Positions 7,148-13,887 of a DNA stretch of 32,000 nucleotides are shown here, one piece after another. The notes beneath the pieces are model-generated. The model searched no databases. It saw nothing but the letters and a program-made list of their open reading frames with translations, and was not told the origin of the DNA. The translations under genes and the position numbers were made by a program. Position 1 is the first letter of the stretch. Each line of letters begins with the position of its first letter. Origin of the DNA: Candidatus Scalindua sp. (GTDB lineage: Bacteria; Planctomycetota; Brocadiia; Brocadiales; Scalinduaceae); the NCBI GenBank assembly GCA_031316235.1, contig JALDRA010000001.1, positions 4,020,001-4,052,000 on the forward strand, given 5' to 3'.

Positions 7148-8233
7148 ATGAGAAAACTGAGATATTGCATATCTTTGTCTATTGTATTTCTAACCACTTT
7201 TTTGATCTCCTTCAAAGACGTTCTCAATGCAGAGTCCTCTCCTGACGATCTTGTTAAAAAAGAGGCAGCCATCAACAACGATTTTAACGCTGGAGAAACA
7301 AACAATAATAATAACACTCACAAACAATCTCCAATAATCTTCTTCAAAACACCGAACTTCGATTTCGGTAACATCTACAATGGTGAGAAGCCGGAGCATG
7401 TATTTACCTTTGAAAACAAGGGAAAAGCAGACCTTGAAATCAGCAAAGTAGAAAGCTCTTGCGGATGCACAGCGGCAATACTGACGAATAAGACAATACC
7501 ACCCGGAGAAACAGGTGAGATAAAGACAACATTCAATTCAAGTTCTTTTCATGGAAAAGTCACAAAGAGCATAACTGTCCATAGCAATGACCCCAAAAGA
7601 TCCATTTACAAACTGACTATCTCGTGTACAGTAACGGAAGTAATAAGCGCAAATCCCAGAAGAATCAATTTCGCTTCAGTCTATATTGGCAGTGAAATGA
7701 ATAAGACAATTACCGTTACATCAGACTCTTCCTTCAACATTACTAAAATCACTTCATCAATACCCTTCCTCGATGTTTCAATCAAAGAAAAGAACGAAAA
7801 TGAATATACAATCAATGTATCATTAAAGGACAATCATGAAATTGGACGATTCAACGGCTCGATTTTTCTGGAAACTGACAACACAATCCAGCCAAAGGTA
7901 ATAATACCGGTCTTTGGAGACATAACAGGGGATATTACCATCTACCCTGAAAAACTTTATTATGGAAACATCAAAAAAGGGAGCGAAAGAACCCAGAAGG
8001 TATTTCTGAAACTTAATAGAGAAAACATAAAAATTTCTGGTATTAAAGTAGTTCCGGATTTCCTGAGCGTAAAAATTGTGGAAGATTACAGGAATAACAA
8101 TACGCAGATTCTGATTGAAGTAAAACTGCATGAGAATGCTGCTGTCGGCACATTAAACGGATTACTGGAGATCAATACAGATAGCAAAGTACAACCTGTC
8201 ATTAAAGTACCAATCGCTGGAGAAATAACGTAA
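7148..8233 (+). CDS. Secreted DUF1573-domain protein with additional Ig-like beta-sandwich repeats
   Basis: 361 aa with an N-terminal signal/TM segment. FDFGNIYNGEKPEHVFTFENKGKADLEISKVESSCGCTAA is the DUF1573 signature. The rest is beta-rich and repeat-like. Confidence 0.8.
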   Translation: MRKLRYCISLSIVFLTTFLISFKDVLNAESSPDDLVKKEAAINNDFNAGETNNNNNTHKQSPIIFFKTPNFDFGNIYNGEKPEHVFTFENKGKADLEISKVESSCGCTAAILTNKTIPPGETGEIKTTFNSSSFHGKVTKSITVHSNDPKRSIYKLTISCTVTEVISANPRRINFASVYIGSEMNKTITVTSDSSFNITKITSSIPFLDVSIKEKNENEYTINVSLKDNHEIGRFNGSIFLETDNTIQPKVIIPVFGDITGDITIYPEKLYYGNIKKGSERTQKVFLKLNRENIKISGIKVVPDFLSVKIVEDYRNNNTQILIEVKLHENAAVGTLNGLLEINTDSKVQPVIKVPIAGEIT

Positions 8234-8673
8234 ATCTGCAATAACAGAACTCCTGCCCTGCATTGCATCAAAGTAAAGGTATGAAAGTAGAACTGTCGAA
8301 AAGTAAGTTTTTTCCTATCGTACTTGCCATCCTCAGAGGTTATTTTTAAAGTCATTCGATTATGTCTGTCATGTGCAATTGAGCGAAACAGTAATTATCC
8401 TTTTATAAAAATTTTTAAAATTTACTAGAAAATCACTTCAAAGTAATATAAACAGTTAATATGCTATTCATTCAACTGTTCGGTTAAGCAACAAAAACAT
8501 ACATAAAATATTCAGTAATGTCCGTTTAGGTTTTTGCGTATTTAACAGTTATGTTTTTGGAAGACTTGCTCCAAGCTTACTTTTCTTCATTATGTCCCAT
8601 GAATGGCCACACTTATGTATGAATTGAACCCAATTTTGAAACGCTGAAACGAACCATAAGTAGGTTAGGTAAA

Positions 8674-9080
8674 TCAAAACCTGCCCTTCCATATTCTTGG
8701 ATCTCGCTTAGCATGAAATATAGCGATTACAATAATCAGATCATTGTCTGTGAAGTAAAAAATTCCGTATGGAAATCTACGGATTAGAGCTCTGCGAATG
8801 TTCTTGTAAATGTTTGGGAAAATTTTTGGACTTTCTTTAATAAGATTTAGAGTCGCATCAACTTCTACCAGTAAATTTGCTCCTGATTATTTTATCTGAT
8901 TTTCGTACCAATCGTATGCATCTTCTAAATCAATACTAAAACCGATTTGGTTTTTGGCTTTTTAAAAAACCAAAGCTTGGTGAAGGTATACTCGCTCAAT
9001 TTTATCTCGGATTTTATCCGAAAACCATTATGAGATGAGTATAATTCAGCCTCGGGGCGCAAAATTATCTTATTTCTCAT
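8674..9080 (-). pseudogene. parE: ParE/RelE-family toxin, disrupted by a repeat insertion after codon 12 and by an in-frame TAA
   Basis: MRNKIILRPEAE (9080-9045), then [repeat copy C], then DLEDAYDWYENQIK-TAA(8887-8889)-SGANLLVEVDATLNLIKESPKIFPNIYKNIRRALIRRFPYGIFYFTDNDLIIVIAIFHAKRDPRIWKGRF*. RFPYxIFY...HxxRDP is the ParE signature. Removing 110 nt (8932-9041) restores the frame. Confidence 0.75.
8932..9043 (-). repeat. Copy C of the double-hairpin repeat (core 8934-9041, 108 bp), inserted inside parE
   Basis: The first 57 nt are identical to copies B and E. The second hairpin has a different sequence but is still self-complementary. Flanks are TA on one side and TT (minus strand) on the other. 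Confidence 0.85.
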
Positions 9081-9111
9081 TTTTTCCTGACAACCTAGAT
9101 TTGACTTCATT

Positions 9112-9297
9112 TCACGGAGAACCAATATTAGGATTATTGTGGTATTCTTCCAGACGTCGATCCAATTCTTTTTTCTGTGCGTCTGTAAGTTCTACTGATT
9201 CTGGTACATTTGCTATGCTGTCCCAAATATCTTCAACAAATGTAATTCGGTCTTGTATACTTAGTTTTAATACCTCAGATAATATTTCTTTTTTCAT
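9112..9297 (-). CDS. Addiction-module antitoxin (TIGR02574-like), C-terminally truncated by TGA at a conserved Trp position; the ancestral ORF would be 9070-9297
   Basis: MKKEILSEVLKLSIQDRITFVEDIWDSIA...LTDAQKKELDRRLEEYHNNPNIGSP-TGA-NEVKSRLSGKNEK-TAA. Homologues read ...G.SWEEVK.... The ancestral TAA (9070-9072) overlaps the parE ATG (9080), a typical TA arrangement. Confidence 0.6.
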   Translation of the reverse strand: MKKEILSEVLKLSIQDRITFVEDIWDSIANVPESVELTDAQKKELDRRLEEYHNNPNIGSP

Positions 9298-9550
9298 GTA
9301 CTCTCCTCTCTTCTCTATGAGATTTTAAATATAAATTATAGCAAACATTTTGTTTGTTAAATAGCAAAATTAACCAAGTCCTGAAGAACAAGCTTTGAAT
9401 GACTATACAATTTTCACGTAACAGTTAATCTGCCTATAGTACCCGTCTCTGGAACATGATTATTGGGCAGCTATCAATTCACTTTGGTGAAAGAATGGAG
9501 GTTTGTTTATAGTGCGTAATCTGAGGTTTACACAGAATTCTTGACAGACT

Positions 9551-9615
9551 CAGCCAGGAAAGAATCAGGGACCATTGTGAAAATTCCACAATTCCTTCTA
9601 ATCCTTTCCTGACTG
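9551..9615 (-). other. Long imperfect hairpin 38 bp downstream of the 529-aa gene (possible transcript 3' end or stabiliser); no U-tract
   Basis: CAGCCAGGAAAGAAT (9551-9565) pairs with ATCCTTTCCTGACTG (9601-9615), 13/15. An inner stem pairs ATTGTG (9574-9579) with CACAAT (9587-9592). Confidence 0.3.
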
Positions 9616-9652
9616 TTATTACGATTACTTCATCCAATCAGAATGCGTCTGA

Positions 9653-11218
9653 TCATTGAAAACAATCCAGATCTGCATCAATTACCGCAAAATAGTCTTT
9701 TAAAGTATCAGTTTTTCTGAAAAAGCTAAACCCGACCCTGCCTGATGAAAGAGAATTATCTGAACCGTTCCAAACCATTGTGCCGTTGATATAATACGTT
9801 AAGTTAGGACCTCTTGCAACGACACGCAGTAAATTCTGACCAGACTCCCAATCAGGAATCCAACCAGAATTAACTATGCCAGATGAGGATGTCCATCCCT
9901 TAAGTGCTGTAGCAACACCGCCTACAGTCTTATATACAGAATATTCCCCTGAATTTTTATACTGAAACGAATAAAAATTAGTCGGTTTTCCATTACTCCT
10001 AATGGCTCCACTAGCCCTCACTATAAGGCGGTTAGGCTCATTATTCGTTGAATAGCGATATACCAATGCACTGAAATCAAAGTTTGAATATGTAGCGTTA
10101 TAAGTAGATGTGGCTGACTTGTTACTCACACCAGATGAAAAGTATTCGTACCACCAATCATGCGGTCCAGTACCTGCTATATCTACCTCCCAGGAACCGG
10201 AATCACGAATCCAGTCTGGCGCTTTATCATTGTATGACCAGTGTTCTTCAAAGCCTGCACATCCACCACCTCCACAAGCCGTATATTGGAAATAAGCAGA
10301 TTTCCAGGTACCTTCCGATTTATACCAAAGCCGTACGTAAACCGTGCTTCCATCTTCTGGTATTCCGCTTACAGTGTAGGATGTGAGTTCTCCTATATCT
10401 CTGTTAAGAATATCCTTCCCACCCCGTTTAGTTCCAACATGCAGCCACCACTGACTTACTGGAATTCCATTGGATGTCCAGTTAAAGGACACATCACCGC
10501 AAGTTAATCTCGAATTTTCTGCCGGACTGTATAACCAAGGGGTACTATTCCCACAATCTGGTTTGTAAGTATAGTCGTTAAATTGCCATGAACCATTACT
10601 CTCTTTATACCATAGACGTACATACAACGTTCCATTGGAAGGAATATTATTTACTATTTGACAACCACCTGTCACTGATCCGGCAAATATATCTCCATAT
10701 GGAGAATTAGCTAATGACGCCTGACTTGTCCCTACCCCCAGCCAATAGACAGTACCACTGCATTCATTCCAGCAAAATTGTTCAGTAGTATTACAAATTT
10801 GTGTGCCTGGTATCGGACTCGTAATCTCCTGTTTACATCCCTTTCCACTCTGTGTTTGATAAGTATAATCTTTTTTATACCACGTGTTGCGTTTTCGCCA
10901 CCATAATCTTACGTATAAAGTATTCCCATTTAGAGGTACCCCTGATACCGTTGCTGATGTGTTTGTTCCTACTGACTGATCGTATTTGTCTCCTCGTGTT
11001 GACTTGCTTGTTCCAGTACCGATCATAAGCCAATACGTATCCACACCTGTGCCCGAACTCCACGTAAATGTAACAGCTGTTTTCGTTAATGTTGAACCTG
11101 GTAATGGACTTGTCATCGCTGGATCTGCCGCCCAGGCTAGCTTATCTGTTGAAGATAAACAAAATACTATTAGAACGAAACCTGCAATTGCAGTAAATCT
11201 TCCTAATTTTATTCCCAT
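9653..11218 (-). CDS. Secreted protein: signal peptide, three tandem ~90-aa repeats, C-terminal ConA-like lectin/glucanase (LamG/DUF1080-like) domain
   Basis: The track ORF starts at TTG 11242. I prefer ATG 11218, which has GGAG 8 nt upstream and gives MGIKLGRFTAIAGFVLIVFCLSSTDKLAWA/ADP. The three repeats each end in LYVRLWW/YK...W...Y.Y (GNTLYVRLWWRKRNTWYKKDYTYQ, NGTLYVRLWYKESNGSWQFNDYTYK, GSTVYVRLWYKSEGTWKSAYFQYT). The C-terminus, NLLRVVARGPNLTYYINGTMVWNGSDNSLSSGRVGFSF, is jelly-roll-like. Confidence 0.75.
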   Translation of the reverse strand: MGIKLGRFTAIAGFVLIVFCLSSTDKLAWAADPAMTSPLPGSTLTKTAVTFTWSSGTGVDTYWLMIGTGTSKSTRGDKYDQSVGTNTSATVSGVPLNGNTLYVRLWWRKRNTWYKKDYTYQTQSGKGCKQEITSPIPGTQICNTTEQFCWNECSGTVYWLGVGTSQASLANSPYGDIFAGSVTGGCQIVNNIPSNGTLYVRLWYKESNGSWQFNDYTYKPDCGNSTPWLYSPAENSRLTCGDVSFNWTSNGIPVSQWWLHVGTKRGGKDILNRDIGELTSYTVSGIPEDGSTVYVRLWYKSEGTWKSAYFQYTACGGGGCAGFEEHWSYNDKAPDWIRDSGSWEVDIAGTGPHDWWYEYFSSGVSNKSATSTYNATYSNFDFSALVYRYSTNNEPNRLIVRASGAIRSNGKPTNFYSFQYKNSGEYSVYKTVGGVATALKGWTSSSGIVNSGWIPDWESGQNLLRVVARGPNLTYYINGTMVWNGSDNSLSSGRVGFSFFRKTDTLKDYFAVIDADLDCFQ

Positions 11219-11589
11219 TTTCTTCTCCTTTTTTGATTTCAATACCTATAAATATGCATCGTTACAAAGCCAACAACCTTCTTTTATACACAACCTCCCT
11301 TAATTACGTCTTCAAAACAGAGGATGGGGTTCATTATACAATGGAAACAATAGGTATAGAAGATACTATTGCTGAACTTGAGAACAGCATCATGATTGTT
11401 AAAATAGATCCAATAAAAGTTCTTTTCATATATATCCTGTTAAAAACAAAGCGGTAAAAGGGTCACCGTATTTAAGCATTAACAGACTTCCGAAAATTGT
11501 AATTCTTACTTGTGTCAAGGAAACCCAAAATTGAATTTTAAGAAGGCGATAGATCATGTAATGATTCGTGTTAATAGGCAGGTGCGGAT

Positions 11590-11682
11590 TTACCGAGATC
11601 GTACTGACTCATACCGATTGTCATCCTCTATCTTTAAATATTCTGCGTAGGTCATTTTTTTATGTTCTGCTGGAGAAATCAT
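11590..11682 (-). pseudogene. Possible N-terminal fragment of a Uma2-family (DUF820) endonuclease gene
   Basis: The short minus-strand ORF ...MTYAEYLKIEDDNRYE... resembles the Uma2 N-terminus (T.EEYL.LE....YE). Only about 30 codons remain before a stop. Confidence 0.2.
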
Positions 11683-11852
11683 AAAGTGCCTTTCCTGTAT
11701 AATGGTGTATCCAGACAAAAGTTGGAAATTGGCAGACAAACATTGTGAATAACCTATCCGAATTGGACGAATTTGTCAAATAGATACGGGATAACTGTTA
11801 AATCAAAACAGAAAGGTCCTGATAGGAGCTATGTAAAAATATCAATAAGAAT

Positions 11853-11880
11853 TTGACAATTATGCTCAAATTGTGATAAT
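11853..11880 (+). promoter_or_regulatory. Near-consensus sigma70 promoter (extended -10) upstream of the SOR-like gene
   Basis: TTGACA (11853-11858), 16-bp spacer containing TGT, then GATAAT (11875-11880). The spacer contains ACAATT-N7-AATTGT dyad symmetry. It lies 95 bp upstream of ATG 11975, which has a GGAG SD. Confidence 0.55.
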
Positions 11881-11974
11881 AGAGAGTAGAATTTTCTCTT
11901 TGCGCAAGGAGTTTCATTCAATGCATAAGCGTGTAAGTGAAGAGTAACTTTTTTAATCTGAGAGGAGAGTTGAT

Positions 11975-12406
11975 ATGTCAAATAGAAGAGAATTCATGAA
12001 AACAACAGCGGCAATTGCTGTCGGCGCAGTTGTTGGTAATGTATCGCCTGTAATGGCCGCTGGTTCCTGTTCGTTCCCTGCGGGGATTGTTTATAGCAGT
12101 GAGAAACCGGGGAAATGGTCTGGCAAGGAAAAAGGCCATGCACCTGTTGTTACTGTTGAAGGAAATAAAGTGACGGTAACCACGAAGCACGGTATGTCAG
12201 ACGCACATTATATTGTCAGACATACGGTCGTTTCTCAAGATGGAGAGGTTATAGGGGAAAAGACTTTTTCTTCATCAGATACAGAGGCAAAATCAGAATT
12301 TGAATTACCAGGAGGCGTCTCCAGATATGCGTGGGTGCGGTCCACACTGTATGCAACCAGTTTCTGCAACCTGCATGACCTCTGGGTTACACAGTTTAAG
12401 GCATAG
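11975..12406 (+). CDS. Tat-signal superoxide reductase-like protein (neelaredoxin/desulfoferrodoxin centre-II domain)
   Basis: Twin-arginine motif SNRREFMK followed by an h-region and AAG. Fe ligand pattern: KEKGHAP, HGMSDAH (H-x6-H spacing as in P. furiosus HPNTTEH), and CNLHDLW (compare CNIHGLW). Confidence 0.8.
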   Translation: MSNRREFMKTTAAIAVGAVVGNVSPVMAAGSCSFPAGIVYSSEKPGKWSGKEKGHAPVVTVEGNKVTVTTKHGMSDAHYIVRHTVVSQDGEVIGEKTFSSSDTEAKSEFELPGGVSRYAWVRSTLYATSFCNLHDLWVTQFKA

Positions 12407-12526
12407 CAGATACCGATGAATCTGGGTTTCTTTCAGATCTCATAGGGCACGGCAGCTGAATCGCCGTATTCTTTGAGGCCGGTGGTTTAATTCCAGTGCC
12501 CTTATACATGTAACGGTCAGTGAGCA

Positions 12527-12640
12527 TATACTAAAACCGAACTGGTTTCAGATTTTTTATAAAAAGCAAAGCCAGTTTGCGGGTACATTAGTTCCATTTT
12601 TTCCCGGATTGCATCCGAAAACCATTACAGGATGAGTATA
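12527..12640 (-). repeat. Copy D of the double-hairpin repeat, a diverged subfamily (core 12529-12638, 110 bp), TA/TA flanks
   Basis: The ends are conserved (TACTCATCCTGTAATGGTTTTCGGATGCAATCCGGG... and ...CGGTTTTAGTA). The interior is diverged but still self-complementary (ACCGAACTGG...CCAGTTTGCGGGT). Confidence 0.65.
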
Positions 12641-12675
12641 TCCTTCCAGATTCCATTGAATCGAGATAACAGACC

Positions 12676-12861
12676 ATGGTAACCTATAATTACATACTTA
12701 TTGCGATTGCTCTTATTGCAGGGCTTGTTGTTCTTAAAATCTTCTTTAAGACGATGAGATTTCTTTTCATGATCGTTTTCTTTATCATCATCGCCGGGGT
12801 GGTGGTTTACTGTATACCTCCTCTTCGTGAGTACCTCTCAGGGTTCGTCAATCTGCAATAA
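12676..12861 (+). CDS. Hypothetical small membrane protein (61 aa, 2 predicted TM helices)
   Basis: ATG-initiated ORF with a hydrophobic composition and no SD. Bracketed by repeat copies D and E. Confidence 0.3.
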   Translation: MVTYNYILIAIALIAGLVVLKIFFKTMRFLFMIVFFIIIAGVVVYCIPPLREYLSGFVNLQ

Positions 12862-12912
12862 TTTCATTACCGTTTTATCGGACCCTTACTTAATACATAG
12901 CGGTTGAACTAA

Positions 12913-13024
12913 TATACTAAAACCGATTTGGTTTTCGGTTTACCGGGAATCAAATCTTGGTTGCAGTTATACTCGCTCAATTTTATCTCGGATTTTATCC
13001 GAAAACCATTATGAGATGAGTATA
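12913..13024 (-). repeat. Copy E of the double-hairpin repeat (core 12915-13022, 108 bp), TA/TA flanks; overlaps the 3' end of the Fe-S protein gene
   Basis: Full-length copy. The last 4 codons and the TAA stop of ORF 13009-13788 are encoded by the repeat. Confidence 0.85.
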
Positions 13025-13788
13025 AATAACTCAACGAAGCTTTCCACGAGATAAGCAAGGTATTCGATATCAATATAGTCCTCGGCATTGCTGTCAAGGA
13101 AGAGTCTGCAGCTTGCCTCATATTCTTCATCGGCATCCCAGAAGCACAGATAGAGCGGCACACGTGGTAAGAGGTCAAATCTGCAGATATAATCAGCCTT
13201 TATCTTTCCCCGTTCTTCACTCCCCTCAAACTCACTGCAGCGGACTTTCAGGCCGTTCAAGTTACTGTTAAAGGTTTCAGCGATCTTCTCTTCCGACTTT
13301 TTCTGGAATGCCTTGACATGAGATGCCGTATTCCTGAAACTTCCCAATGTAACCCAGTCTCCAGACAATGGCCGTTTTCCCATTCTGATAATGTAGTCAT
13401 ATATTATGATCTTCGTCCAGGAATCCTTACAGTACTCATCGTTTTCAAACAGGCCGTCTTTCCGTACTTCATAAATTCTGTCCACCAGCTTGAGTGTAAT
13501 GGTTTCTCTTTCATTCCGGTTTTCATAACGGGCTCCGACAGAAAGAGCAGACTCATTAAAATTTATCTGCCTGACCTCCCGTTCCAGCTCATCACTGACA
13601 CGTCCGTAATTGTCGTCCATTGTTGCACCCGGCCTACAGGATCTTTCCTCATTATATTCTTCCTGAGCATAAGGGCAATCCGACAGATTCCGTTTTGCAT
13701 TGTTCACCTTCAGTGCAAAAGCCATGCACGTCAGCTCTCCGCAGTCCCCACAGTTTGACTTAGGTAATTTCTTAAGTATCTCAATCAT
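13009..13788 (-). CDS. Fe-S protein with an N-terminal RnfB/CFeSP-type 4Fe-4S domain (DUF3786-like C-terminal region); C-terminus remodelled by repeat insertion
   Basis: LPKSNCGDCGELTCMAFALKVNNAKRNLSDCP gives C-x2-C-x4-C-x16-C. ATG start at 13788. 259 aa. Confidence 0.6.
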   Translation of the reverse strand: MIEILKKLPKSNCGDCGELTCMAFALKVNNAKRNLSDCPYAQEEYNEERSCRPGATMDDNYGRVSDELEREVRQINFNESALSVGARYENRNERETITLKLVDRIYEVRKDGLFENDEYCKDSWTKIIIYDYIIRMGKRPLSGDWVTLGSFRNTASHVKAFQKKSEEKIAETFNSNLNGLKVRCSEFEGSEERGKIKADYICRFDLLPRVPLYLCFWDADEEYEASCRLFLDSNAEDYIDIEYLAYLVESFVELFILIS

Positions 13789-13887
13789 AAAATAACTTCC
13801 TGAATTTATTGGTAAATTGTGCTCATAAAAGAAAAATATTGTCTTTTATAGAAGCAAAACGGGTGCATTCCCAATTTATTGTAAAAT

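Noticed and set aside
6997-9114. Two in-frame TGA codons at conserved positions (hicA 6997-6999, antitoxin 9112-9114) suggested TGA reassignment (code 4/25) or selenocysteine.
   Set aside because: nuoB (30711-30713) and nuoC (30142-30144, an ATGA overlap with nuoD) terminate at TGA at their normal family lengths, so TGA is a stop here. The two sites would also need different amino acids (R/H vs W). No SECIS-like context is obvious. Pseudogenisation explains the data better.
11233-11457. A 74-aa ORF on the plus strand runs divergently from the 529-aa gene.
   Set aside because: No motif, no SD, AT-rich, and it overlaps the start region of the secreted-protein gene. More likely promoter DNA than a gene.
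899-13024. The five similar repeats might be a degenerate CRISPR array.
   Set aside because: The units are about 108 bp rather than 24-48 bp. Spacing is irregular (from about 0.3 kb to several kb), orientations are mixed, and there are no cas genes. The copies sit inside or next to genes with TA flanks, which is how a mobile element behaves.
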